Part shown: piece by piece, positions 31,386 through 40,435 of the stretch
How positions within the stretch are numbered: position 1 is the stretch's first letter
How the letters are laid out: every line of letters starts with the position of its first letter
Notes under the pieces: generated by a model
The model's input: only the letters and a program-made list of their open reading frames with translations
Databases searched by the model: none
What the model was told of the DNA's origin: nothing
Position numbers and translations under genes: made by a program
Assembly (NCBI GenBank): GCA_035554955.1
Contig: DATMHR010000025.1
Coordinates: forward strand, 5,663-69,662
Direction: 5' to 3'
Origin: Nocardioides sp.
GTDB lineage: Bacteria; Actinomycetota; Actinomycetes; Propionibacteriales; Nocardioidaceae
DNA: 64,000 nt

Positions 31386-32645
31386 ATGCCCGGATCCCTC
31401 CTGCGCCTGCTCGGACCGACTCCGCTCGTCCGCCGCCTCTCCGAGCAGTCCGTCCTCTCCGCCTTCGGCGACGGCGCGTTCCTGACCGGCAGCGCGGTCT
31501 TCTTCACCCAGATCGTCGGCCTGACGGCCGCCCAGGTCGGCCTCGGCCTCACCATCGCCGGCGTCGCGACGTTCGCCCTCGCGGTGCCGCTCGGCAAGCT
31601 CAGCGACCGCTACGGCGCCAAGCGGGTCTGGGTGGCGAGCTCGTTCGTCGAGGCCGTGCTCTACTCGGTCTGGCTGGCGGTCGGGGACATGGCGTCCTAC
31701 GTCGCCATGATGATCGTCCTCGAGCTCGTGGTGACCACCAGCCGCTCCTCGCGCAACGCCTACCGGTTCGACGTGTTCCCCCGCGAGCAGCGGGTCTCCT
31801 CCAACGCCTACTTCCGCGCCGCCCGCAACGTCGGCTACACGCTCGGCGCCCTGCTGGCCGGCGTCGCGCTGGCCACCAACAGCGACCCGGTGATCCGCGC
31901 GGTGCCCCTGGCCACCGCCGTCCTGCTGCTGCTCAACGCCGCCTTGATCAGCCGGCTGCCGGGCGTCGCCCACCAGGGGGACGGCGAGCCGCCGCTGGCC
32001 GAGGCGGTCGAGGCCGCCGGCGACGGCGGCAGCGCGCTGCGCAACCGCGGCTACCTCGCCTCGTCGATCCTCGGCGGCGTGCTCGCCACCCACCAGGTCC
32101 TGCTGAACGTGGTGATCCCGCTCTGGCTGGTCGAGGAGACCGACGCCCCGCGGGTGCTGCTCGCCTGGCTGTTCGGCACCAACACCGTGATGGCCGTCTG
32201 CTTCCAGGTCGCCGCCGCGCGCGGCATCACGACGGTCGCCGACTCGCTGCGCGCCCAGCGTCGCGGCGCGTTCTTCTTCGTGCTCTCCTGCGGGATCGTG
32301 CTGGTCACCCACGACACGGTCGGCTGGGTGACGATCGCACTGGTCTGGCTCGGCCACGTCACGGTGACCGGCGCCGAGCTGTTCAACTCCGCCGGCGAGT
32401 GGGGCCTGCAGGCCGAGCTGTCCGACCCCGCGCGCCGCGGCGAGTACCAGGGCGTCTCCCAGCTCGGCTACACCCTCGGGTCGGTGTGGGCGCCCGCGGC
32501 GTACACGTTCCTCGCGATGGAGGTCGGCACCGTCGGCTGGCTCGCCATCGCCGCGATCGTGGTCGCCGCCGCCGTCGCCCTGCACCCGGCCGCCCACGCC
32601 GCCGAGCGGCACCTCGCGCGCACCACCGCGCCCGCACCTGCTTGA
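31386..32645 (+). CDS. MFS transporter (paralog 2)
   Basis: GKLSDRYGAKR; shares QVLLNVVIPLWLV, LLAWLFGTNTV and LVWLGHVTVTGAEL with paralog 1. Confidence 0.9.
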   Translation: MPGSLLRLLGPTPLVRRLSEQSVLSAFGDGAFLTGSAVFFTQIVGLTAAQVGLGLTIAGVATFALAVPLGKLSDRYGAKRVWVASSFVEAVLYSVWLAVGDMASYVAMMIVLELVVTTSRSSRNAYRFDVFPREQRVSSNAYFRAARNVGYTLGALLAGVALATNSDPVIRAVPLATAVLLLLNAALISRLPGVAHQGDGEPPLAEAVEAAGDGGSALRNRGYLASSILGGVLATHQVLLNVVIPLWLVEETDAPRVLLAWLFGTNTVMAVCFQVAAARGITTVADSLRAQRRGAFFFVLSCGIVLVTHDTVGWVTIALVWLGHVTVTGAELFNSAGEWGLQAELSDPARRGEYQGVSQLGYTLGSVWAPAAYTFLAMEVGTVGWLAIAAIVVAAAVALHPAAHAAERHLARTTAPAPA

Positions 32646-32655
32646 ATCGCCGGTC

Positions 32656-33531
32656 GTGGCAACCCCTTCGCAGTGGCTGGCCGGCGCCCGGCCGCGCACC
32701 CTCCCGGCAGCGGTCTCACCGGTCCTCGCGGGCACGGGCGTGGCGGTGTACGACGACGCGGCGGTCTGGTGGAAGGCCGGCCTGGCACTGGTGGTCAGCC
32801 TCGCGCTGCAGGTCGCGGTCAACTACGCCAACGACTACTCCGACGGCATCCGCGGCACCGACGCCGACCGGGTCGGCCCGCTGCGGCTGGTCGGCTCGGG
32901 CGTCGCGACGCCGGGTGCGGTGAAGCGGGCGGCGTTCCTCGCCTTCGGCGTCGCCGGCGTCGCGGGCCTGGTCCTCGCCGCGACCACCGCCTGGTGGCTG
33001 GTGGCGGTCGGGCTGGTCAGCGTGCTCGCCGCGTGGTTCTACACCGGCGGGTCCAAGCCCTACGGCTACCTCGGCCTCGGCGAGGTGATGGTGTTCGTGT
33101 TCTTCGGCCTGGTCGCGGTCCTCGGCACGACCTACGTCCAGACCGAGGAGTGGTCGTGGGCCGCGCTGGCGGCCGCGGTCGGCGTCGGCGCGCTCGCCTG
33201 CGCGATCCTCGTCGCCAACAACCTCCGCGACATCCCCACCGACCGGGTCGCCGGCAAGATGACGCTCGCCGTACGCCTCGGCGACCGCGGCACGCGGCTC
33301 TGGTACGCCGCCCTGGTGCTCCTCGCGGCCGGTGCGCTGGTCGCCCTCGCCGCGCTCACGACGTGGTGGGCCCTGCTCGGGCTCGCCTTCGCCGCCCCCG
33401 CGGTCCCCGCGCTCCGCACGGTCCTCGGTGGCACCACCGGCCGCGGCCTGGTCCCCGTGCTGCAGGGCACCGGCCTGGCCGAGCTGGCCTGGGCGTTCGC
33501 CGCCGCGGCGGGGCTCGTCGTCGGTCGCTGA
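32656..33531 (+). CDS. menA: 1,4-dihydroxy-2-naphthoate polyprenyltransferase
   Basis: ARPRTLPA, NYANDYSD, NNLRDI..D...GK.TLAV. Confidence 0.95.
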   Translation: MATPSQWLAGARPRTLPAAVSPVLAGTGVAVYDDAAVWWKAGLALVVSLALQVAVNYANDYSDGIRGTDADRVGPLRLVGSGVATPGAVKRAAFLAFGVAGVAGLVLAATTAWWLVAVGLVSVLAAWFYTGGSKPYGYLGLGEVMVFVFFGLVAVLGTTYVQTEEWSWAALAAAVGVGALACAILVANNLRDIPTDRVAGKMTLAVRLGDRGTRLWYAALVLLAAGALVALAALTTWWALLGLAFAAPAVPALRTVLGGTTGRGLVPVLQGTGLAELAWAFAAAAGLVVGR

Positions 33532-33560
33532 CCCGACGCCCCAGCCCCGAGGCGGAGCCG

Positions 33561-33821
33561 TCAGTCCTCGTCCTCCTTGGCCTTGGCCGCCTCGTAGCGC
33601 TCGGTGACCCGCGCGGCGCGCTGCTCGACCTTGACCGCGAAGGCGTCCCGCTGCCGCTGGAGCAGGACGTAGGACCCCACGCCGCTGATCACGAACGCGA
33701 TCACCACCGCCCACAGCACCGGCACGTCGCCGCTGATGGCGTACCAGATGCCGAAGACGATCCCGAACGAGCCGAGGAACAGGGCGACCCGCAGGAGGGT
33801 GTAGATCCAGAACTCCTTCAC
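33561..33821 (-). CDS. DUF4229-like small membrane protein
   Basis: YTLLRVALF plus two TM segments; next to menA; leaderless TACCCT-N6-GTG. Confidence 0.75.
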   Translation of the reverse strand: MKEFWIYTLLRVALFLGSFGIVFGIWYAISGDVPVLWAVVIAFVISGVGSYVLLQRQRDAFAVKVEQRAARVTERYEAAKAKEDED

Positions 33822-33886
33822 GCCTCCAGGGTAGGTGTTGCGGATTCTTGACCTGCAGGCGACCAGGAGGGTCCTACTCTGGTGAC

Positions 33887-34099
33887 GTGCTCAAGTTCCT
33901 GCTGGTGGTCGCGATCTTCGCGGCGGTGACCTACTTCGTCACCCGCAAGCTCCAGGAGCACGGCGACACACCGGTGCAGCGCAGGCCCGCACGGCCGTCC
34001 CCGCCGGCGCGTCCGGTCGCGCCCGACGACGACGAGGACTTCCTCCGCGACATCGACCGCAGGCGCCGCCGCAACCCGCCCGACGACGACCCGCTCTGA
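33887..34099 (+). CDS. Small membrane protein with PVAPDDDEDFLR tail
   Basis: One TM segment; leaderless TACTCT-N6-GTG; tail resembles that of actinobacterial PLDc_N proteins found beside ccsA. Confidence 0.65.
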   Translation: MLKFLLVVAIFAAVTYFVTRKLQEHGDTPVQRRPARPSPPARPVAPDDDEDFLRDIDRRRRRNPPDDDPL

Positions 34100-34112
34100 G
34101 CGGAGCGGGCGG

Positions 34113-35153
34113 CTACTCGACGAGGGCCGGGCCGCTCACGACGACGACCGGGGCCTCACCGGCATAGCTGTGCTGGCTGTTGTTGCCGGCGAAGAAGTTG
34201 ACGCCGATGAAGTTCCACCAGAGCGTGGCGACGCCGAGCAGGGCGAGGATCGCGGCGTTGCGGCCCTTCCAGCCCGCGGTCGCCCGGGCGTGGAGGTAGC
34301 CCGCGTAGACCACCCAGGTGATGAACGCCCAGACCTCCTTGGGGTCCCAGTTCCAGTAGCGGGACCAGGCCTCGTGCGCCCAGATCGGTCCGGTGATCAG
34401 CACGGCGAACGTCCACACGGGGAAGGCGAACGCGTGCACCCGGTAGGCCACCCGGTCCAGGCCGTCGAGGCTCGGCACCCGGGCCAGGAAGCCCCGCAGC
34501 TCGGCGCCGTCGGCCAGCCGCTTCTGGACGCGCATCTTGACGAGGTAGACGGCCGAGACGATGCCGCCGAGGGTGAACGCGCCGGTGGCGATGATCGCGG
34601 CCGTCACGTGGATCATCAGCCAGTAGGAGTTGAGCGCCTCGGTCAGCGGCGCGACCGGCTCGTAGAGCCAGATCCGCGCCGCCATCAGCACGGTGACGAC
34701 GAACCCGACGACCAGCGGGGCCATCCAGGCGAGCTTCAGCCGCCGGTAGAGCACGAGGTACATCAGCGTCACCAGGCAGCTGCCGGTGAGCGTGAACTCG
34801 TACATGTTGCCCCACGGCACGCGGTTGGGGTCGCCGGCCATGCCGCGGCCCACGAGCGAGACGACGTGCGCCGCCGCGGCGATGACCGTGAGCAGGAAGC
34901 CGAGCCGGCCGAGGAACGCGGCGCGCTCCTCCTCGGTACGACGAGCCGCCGGCTTCTCGAGCGTGGCGGTCGGCGCGCCGGCGCCCTCCTCGGCCTGGCG
35001 CCCGGCCGCGACGCGGGCCTCCTCGGCCACCGTGCTCCGCGGCTGGCGCAGCGACGCCCACTCGGCCAGGTGGGTCAGCAGCGCAAGGAAGTACACGATC
35101 CCTGCGGCGCCGACGGCCTGGTTGCTCAGCGTCTCCCACGCGGCGTTGCTCAT
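34113..35153 (-). CDS. ccsA: Cytochrome c biogenesis protein CcsA/ResC
   Basis: VPWGNMYE and WWD motif WAHEAWSRYWNWDPKE. Confidence 0.95.
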   Translation of the reverse strand: MSNAAWETLSNQAVGAAGIVYFLALLTHLAEWASLRQPRSTVAEEARVAAGRQAEEGAGAPTATLEKPAARRTEEERAAFLGRLGFLLTVIAAAAHVVSLVGRGMAGDPNRVPWGNMYEFTLTGSCLVTLMYLVLYRRLKLAWMAPLVVGFVVTVLMAARIWLYEPVAPLTEALNSYWLMIHVTAAIIATGAFTLGGIVSAVYLVKMRVQKRLADGAELRGFLARVPSLDGLDRVAYRVHAFAFPVWTFAVLITGPIWAHEAWSRYWNWDPKEVWAFITWVVYAGYLHARATAGWKGRNAAILALLGVATLWWNFIGVNFFAGNNSQHSYAGEAPVVVVSGPALVE

Positions 35154-36829
35154 TCTCCAGCCTCCTGCAGCTGCGCCACGAGGTCCTGGACGACCTCGTG
35201 CACCTCGTCATTTCCGGAGCGGTCCAGCACGGCCACCTCGACGAGCGTGCCGCCCATTGTGTCCCCCTCGTCCGAGCCCTCGACCCGCCGGGCCCGCACC
35301 CACACCCGCCGCGGGCGGATGAACAGCGACCCGCACAGCCCGATCAGCGCCAGCACGACGCCGGCCAGGGCGACCTCCTTGCCCGGGCTCTGGCTGATCT
35401 GGATCCGCACCCAGGGCTGCACGCCCTCGAACGTGACGCTGCCGAGACGGTCGGGGAGCTTGACCGTGTCGCCGGGCTGGATGTCGAGCCGGAACGGCTT
35501 GCCGTCGGGCTTCTTCACGGGCGTCGCGTTGTCCTTGTCGAGGACGTAGACCGACTGCGCCGACCCGTCGTCCAGGCCCAGGTCGCCGGTGTAGACGAGC
35601 ATGGACAGGAGCGGGTTGAGGTCGTCGGGGAACAGGGTCGCGGGGTCGCCCTGGACCATCCCGAAGGTCGGGTAGAAGAGGCCCTCGAGCCCGATCTCCC
35701 CCGGCTGGGCGGTCGCTGCCTTGATGACGCCGAACGAGAGGAAGCTCGCGTCCTGGGGCAGGAAGACGGTCGGTCCGCTGTAGGCGACGTCGCCGTTGCC
35801 GTCACGGATCGTCACGACCGGCGCGTAGCCGTGCCCGATGAGGAACACGTCGGTGTCGCCGATCGAGAGCGGGTGGTTGACCTTCAGGTCGTAGTGCTGC
35901 TCGGGGCCGTCGGTGCCCTCGCGGTAGGACAGCGGCGCGTCGAAGCCGCGGGCCTGGCCCGCCCGGTCGCCCGACTGCAGCCAGTCGACGTCGAAGTCCT
36001 CGACCGTGAACGAGAACGGGTCGAGCTGAGCGGCCGTGAACAGGCCGCCGGGGTCGAAGTCGTCGTACTGGGTCAGGTTGTTGCTGAACGTCCCGCAGTC
36101 CGGGCACACCTTCGACTGCTTGACGATGATCACGCCGCCCTCGTAGCCGTAGAGCGCGCCGACCCCGAAGCCGGCCAGCACGATCAGCACCGAGAGGTGG
36201 AAGAGCAGGTTGCCCGCCTCCCGCAGCCGGCCGCGCTCACCGGCGACGTGGTCGACCGGGCCGTCGCCGGCGGGTCGCAGGCGGTAGCGCCGGCCGAGCA
36301 CCTGGCGGGCGCGGGCGAGCACGGCGTCCGGGTCCTCGTCGGTCCGGAACGTCGCGCTGTCCGGCAGCCGGGTCAGGTTGCGCGGCGCCGGGGGCGGCAC
36401 GGTCCGCAGCGCGCGGGCGTAGACGAACAGCCGCGGCACGATGCAGCCGACCAGCGAGACGACGAGCAGCAGGTAGACCGCCGAGAACCAGGGCGAGTCG
36501 TAGACCGAGAACAGGTCGAGCTTCTCGTAGATCGGCGTCAGCTTCGGGTGGGCGTCCTTCCACCGCGTGACCGCCAGCGAGTCCACGCCGGACTGCGGGA
36601 TCACCGAGCCGGGCACCGCCGCCAGTGCCAGCAGGAGCAGCAGGACCAGCGCGGTCCGCATCGACGTGACCTGCCGCCACGTCCAGCGCAGCAGCTCGCG
36701 GGCCGTGAGCTCACCCGACCGCCGCTCAGGCCTTCCGCTGCGTGGTGAGAGCTCAGGACCGGGGTCCCCGCGGCGTTGTCCGTCGGAGGAGCGAAGCGGG
36801 GGAGACGGAGAACGTCGTGGGGTGGTCAT
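35150..36829 (-). CDS. resB: Cytochrome c biogenesis protein ResB/Ccs1
   Basis: SMRTALVLLLLLALAAVPGS, GNLLFHLS, KVNHPL; ATG overlaps the ccdA stop. Confidence 0.93.
   Translation of the reverse strand: MTTPRRSPSPPLRSSDGQRRGDPGPELSPRSGRPERRSGELTARELLRWTWRQVTSMRTALVLLLLLALAAVPGSVIPQSGVDSLAVTRWKDAHPKLTPIYEKLDLFSVYDSPWFSAVYLLLVVSLVGCIVPRLFVYARALRTVPPPAPRNLTRLPDSATFRTDEDPDAVLARARQVLGRRYRLRPAGDGPVDHVAGERGRLREAGNLLFHLSVLIVLAGFGVGALYGYEGGVIIVKQSKVCPDCGTFSNNLTQYDDFDPGGLFTAAQLDPFSFTVEDFDVDWLQSGDRAGQARGFDAPLSYREGTDGPEQHYDLKVNHPLSIGDTDVFLIGHGYAPVVTIRDGNGDVAYSGPTVFLPQDASFLSFGVIKAATAQPGEIGLEGLFYPTFGMVQGDPATLFPDDLNPLLSMLVYTGDLGLDDGSAQSVYVLDKDNATPVKKPDGKPFRLDIQPGDTVKLPDRLGSVTFEGVQPWVRIQISQSPGKEVALAGVVLALIGLCGSLFIRPRRVWVRARRVEGSDEGDTMGGTLVEVAVLDRSGNDEVHEVVQDLVAQLQEAGE
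36766..36822. repeat. Long imperfect hairpin with GCGAAGC apex at the resB 5' end
   Basis: CCCCGCGGCGTT-G-TCCGTC-GGAGGA-GCGAAGC-GGGGGA-GACGGA-G-AACGTCGTGGGG. Confidence 0.7.
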
Positions 36830-37590
36830 ACTGCCACCTGGAAGCCGTTGACGAGCTTGAGCTGCACCCACTGCACGAGGTGGTCCCAGCCGCCGGTGAG
36901 CATCAGCAGGCCGATCACCACGAGCAGCGCGCCGCCGATGCGCATCACCCAGACCTGGTGACGGCGGACCCAGTGCAGCGCGCCGAGGCTCCGCTCGTAG
37001 GCCACCGCCGCGATGACGAACGGGATCCCGAGACCGAGCGCGTACGCCAGCGCGAGCAGCCCGCCGCGCGCGGCGGTGCCCCCGTCGGCGTAGGTCAGGT
37101 TGAGGATCACGCCGAACGTCGGGCCGATGCAGGGGGTCCAGCCGATCGCGAACAGCGCGCCGATCAGCGGAGCGGCGCCGAGGCCGACGGCAGGGACCGC
37201 GTGGATCCGCCACTCGCGCTGGAACCAGGGCAGGACGCCGGCGAACACCAGGCCGAGCACGACCAGCAGCACCCCGAGGACCACCGAGATGGTGTCCTGC
37301 CAGCGCTGCAGGGTGCTGGCAAGGCCGCCGAAGGCGGTGCCGGCGAGCACGAAGACGACGGCGAAGCCGAGCACGAACAGCACCGAGCCGAGCAGCATCC
37401 GGCCGCGCCGCCGGCCGGCCTCACCCGAGGCGAGGTCCGCGCCCGACAGCCCGGTGGCGTAGGAGAGGTAGCCCGGCAGCAGCGGGATGCAGCACGGGGA
37501 GAAGAACGACACCAGGCCCGCGACCAGCGCGACCGGTACGGCGAGCACCAGCGAGCCCGCCGCGGCCTGCCCCTGGAACCAGTCACCCAT
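36826..37590 (-). CDS. ccdA: Cytochrome c biogenesis protein CcdA
   Basis: SFFSPCCIPLLPGY and GWTPCIGP. Confidence 0.95.
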   Translation of the reverse strand: MGDWFQGQAAAGSLVLAVPVALVAGLVSFFSPCCIPLLPGYLSYATGLSGADLASGEAGRRRGRMLLGSVLFVLGFAVVFVLAGTAFGGLASTLQRWQDTISVVLGVLLVVLGLVFAGVLPWFQREWRIHAVPAVGLGAAPLIGALFAIGWTPCIGPTFGVILNLTYADGGTAARGGLLALAYALGLGIPFVIAAVAYERSLGALHWVRRHQVWVMRIGGALLVVIGLLMLTGGWDHLVQWVQLKLVNGFQVAV

Positions 37591-38152
37591 CGGCCGGCTC
37601 CTCGAGCACGTCGTCCACCAGCGAGGTCAGCGTCGTCTTCGACGGGATCGGCCCGTTGATGAGCGCGGCGACCCGGCCCTGCCGGTCGAGGAGGAGCGTC
37701 GCGGGCGGGGCGTACGGCTGGTACTTGCCGAACTCGAGCAGCGTCTCGCTGCCCGGGTCGAACAGGGACGGGTAGTCCACGCCGAGGTCGCGCTCGAAGG
37801 CCGCCGCGTTGTCCGCGGAGACGTCACGGATGTCGATGCCGACGAAAGCCACCTGCTTCGGGTCCAGGTCGGCCTCCGCCTCGACGAGCATCGGCATCTC
37901 GGTGCGGCAGGGGCCGCAGCCCGACCACCAGACGTTGACGACGACGACCTTCCCGCGCAGGTCGGCGAGGTCCAGCGGCTCGTCCTGCACGGTCCTGCCG
38001 CTGATCGTCACCGGGGCCTCGCGGTCGCCGGCGGGCACCTCGACGACCTTGCCGTCGCCGGGCACGTAGGTCAGGTCACCCGTGCCCGAGATGCTGGAGC
38101 ACGCGCTCAGGAGCAGGCCGACCGCGGCCAGCAGCGCAATCCGGATCTTCAG
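37583..38152 (-). CDS. resA: TlpA/ResA thiol-disulfide oxidoreductase lipoprotein (probable CTG start)
   Basis: Lipobox LSAC, active site WWSGCGPCRTEMP; start codon uncertain. Confidence 0.88.
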   Translation of the reverse strand: MKIRIALLAAVGLLLSACSSISGTGDLTYVPGDGKVVEVPAGDREAPVTISGRTVQDEPLDLADLRGKVVVVNVWWSGCGPCRTEMPMLVEAEADLDPKQVAFVGIDIRDVSADNAAAFERDLGVDYPSLFDPGSETLLEFGKYQPYAPPATLLLDRQGRVAALINGPIPSKTTLTSLVDDVLEEPADG

Positions 38153-38841
38153 GGCCGCTTCCCCTCGGGCTTGACCTCTTCGGGAGCGTCGCCCGCCGAG
38201 AACGGTGCGCCGCGGTCGCCGGTCGGGATGAGGTCGATCGCCGGCTCGGCGTACGACACCTGGGTGAGCCGGTCGCCGACGAAGTGGAACGAGGTGACCG
38301 AGCACAGGGTGCACTGCCGCTTGCGCGGGTCGTGGAGGAACGAGCGCCCCTCGACGTGCAGCCGGGTGGTCCAGATCGGGAGCTGGTGGGAGACGATGAC
38401 GCCCTCGTGGCCGGCGGCCTCGCCGCGCACGTCGTGCACGGCGGCCATCATCCGCTCCACGATGTGGCGGTAGGGCTCGCCCCACGACGGCCGGAACGGG
38501 TTCCAGAGGTGCCGCCAGAGCAGCGGGTTCCGCAGGGCGTTGCGGCCCTTGCCGAACTGCCTGCCCTCGAACACGTTGGTCGACTCGAGCACCCGCTCGT
38601 CGATGCCCACCTCGAGCCCCAGCTTCTCCGCCAGCGGGGCCGCGGTCTCCTTCGCGCGCTCCAGCGGCGAGGAGCGCAGCACGGTCACGTCCCGCCCGGC
38701 CAGCGACTCCGCGGCACGCACCGCCATCTGGCGGCCGCGGTCGGAGAGGTGGAAGCCGTCCCGGCGCCCGTAGAGGAGGCCCTCGGGGTTGTGCACCTCG
38801 CCGTGGCGGACGAGGTGGACGACGGTGTCGGGAGTGGCCAT
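38149..38841 (-). CDS. Histidine phosphatase family protein (Rv0525-like)
   Basis: VRHGEVHNP, SSPLERA, VSHQLPIW. Confidence 0.92.
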   Translation of the reverse strand: MATPDTVVHLVRHGEVHNPEGLLYGRRDGFHLSDRGRQMAVRAAESLAGRDVTVLRSSPLERAKETAAPLAEKLGLEVGIDERVLESTNVFEGRQFGKGRNALRNPLLWRHLWNPFRPSWGEPYRHIVERMMAAVHDVRGEAAGHEGVIVSHQLPIWTTRLHVEGRSFLHDPRKRQCTLCSVTSFHFVGDRLTQVSYAEPAIDLIPTGDRGAPFSAGDAPEEVKPEGKRP

Positions 38842-38843
38842 GG

Positions 38844-40172
38844 TCAGCCTTCCTGGGTCGCGGCGGCAGCCTGGGCGGCGGCGGGGAGCGCGTCGAGCAC
38901 GGCCTGGACCGCGCGGTCGTCGTGGGCGGCGGAGACGAACCACGCCTCGTAGGCCGAGGGCGGCAGGTGGACGCCGCGGTCGAGCATGGCGTGGAAGAAC
39001 GCGCCGTAGGCGGCCACGTCCGTCGTCGACGCGTCGGCGAAGTCGCGCACCGGTCGGTCGGTGAGGAACACGGAGAACATGGAGCCGGTCGACTGGATCA
39101 CGTGCGGCACGCCCGCCGCGGTGAACGCCTCGGTGACGCCCGCGCGCAGCGTGTCGGCGACCCCGGCAAGGTGGGCGTAGACCTCGTCGGTGGCGAGCCG
39201 GAGGGTGGTCAGGCCGGCCGCGGTCGCCAGCGGGTTCCCGGACAGGGTGCCGGCCTGGTAGACCGGCCCCTCGGGAGCGAGCTGGTGCATGACGTCGGCG
39301 CGACCGCCGAACGCCGCGGCGGGCAGCCCCCCGCCCATCACCTTGCCGAAGGTCATCAGGTCGGGCGCCCAGCCCTCGACGGCACCGTCGGTGCCCCACT
39401 GGCCGCTGGCCGACACCCGGAAGCCGGTCATCACCTCGTCGCTGACGAACAGCGCACCGTGCCGGCGACAGGTCTCGGCGAGGAAGGCGTTGAAGCCCGG
39501 CTCGGGAGGGACGACGCCCATGTTGCCCGGCGCCGCCTCGGTGATCAGGCACGCGATCCGGTCGCCGTGCTCGGCGAAGGCCGCCTCGACGGCCGCCCGG
39601 TCGTTGTAGGGCAGCACCAGGGTGAGCGCGGTCGACGACTCCGGCACCCCGGGCGTGCCCGGGATCGAGAACGTGGTCAGCCCCGAGCCGGCCGACGCGA
39701 GCAGCGCGTCGACGTGGCCGTGGTAGCAACCGGCGAACTTCACCACGACGTCGCGGCCGGTGAACCCCCGCGCGAGCCGGATCGCCGACATCGTCGCCTC
39801 GGTGCCCGACGAGACGAGCCGGAGGCGCTCGACCGGCGTGCGCCGGACGATCTCCTCGACCAGGGCGACCTCGCCCTCGGTCGGGGTGCCGTACGACGTC
39901 CCGCGCGCCGCCGCGGCCTGGAGGGCGGCGACGACCTCGGGGTGGGCGTGCCCGAGGAGCATCGGACCCCACGAGCAGATCAGGTCGACGTACTCGTTGC
40001 CGTCGACGTCGGTCAGCCAGGCGCCGCGTGCCGAGGCGATGAACCGCGGCGTGCCGCCGACGGCGTTGAACGCGCGGACCGGGGAGTTGACGCCGCCCGG
40101 CGTGACCGACCGGGCCCGGTCGAAGAGGGCCGCCGAGAGGTCGCAGGTCTGCGCGGTCGGGGTGGACGTCAC
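38844..40172 (-). CDS. hemL: Glutamate-1-semialdehyde 2,1-aminomutase
   Basis: [43 protein letters not shown]. Confidence 0.97.
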   Translation of the reverse strand: MTSTPTAQTCDLSAALFDRARSVTPGGVNSPVRAFNAVGGTPRFIASARGAWLTDVDGNEYVDLICSWGPMLLGHAHPEVVAALQAAAARGTSYGTPTEGEVALVEEIVRRTPVERLRLVSSGTEATMSAIRLARGFTGRDVVVKFAGCYHGHVDALLASAGSGLTTFSIPGTPGVPESSTALTLVLPYNDRAAVEAAFAEHGDRIACLITEAAPGNMGVVPPEPGFNAFLAETCRRHGALFVSDEVMTGFRVSASGQWGTDGAVEGWAPDLMTFGKVMGGGLPAAAFGGRADVMHQLAPEGPVYQAGTLSGNPLATAAGLTTLRLATDEVYAHLAGVADTLRAGVTEAFTAAGVPHVIQSTGSMFSVFLTDRPVRDFADASTTDVAAYGAFFHAMLDRGVHLPPSAYEAWFVSAAHDDRAVQAVLDALPAAAQAAAATQEG

Positions 40173-40292
40173 CGCGCCATTGTCACCGATGGACCTGAGA
40201 CACCCACATCGGCAGTAGCCTGTCTTCATACGCCGCAGTGGCACGGATCACAAGTGGGCGCGCCGGGAGCACGGATTGCATCATGTGACACC

Positions 40293-40321
40293 CGTAACGT
40301 CTCTGTGACACCATTCGTTGA
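40293..40321 (+). promoter_or_regulatory. BldN-type ECF promoter upstream of the lytic transglycosylase
   Basis: CGTAAC-N17-CGTTGA. Confidence 0.65.
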
Positions 40322-40435
40322 GCGTAAGTCAGGTGACCCACGGGAGAGGGGTCGCCGGGCGAAGCAGCGGGTCCGGAGGGAGGACCTGCGACGAACGATC
40401 GGTCCGGGAGATCCGGGCCGGGGGAGAGAGACGGG

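Noticed and set aside
40325-40435. c-di-AMP (ydaO) riboswitch before the cell-wall hydrolase
   Set aside because: The context fits, but I could not find the conserved GAATC, GGGGAAC or GTCAGCTAAC blocks
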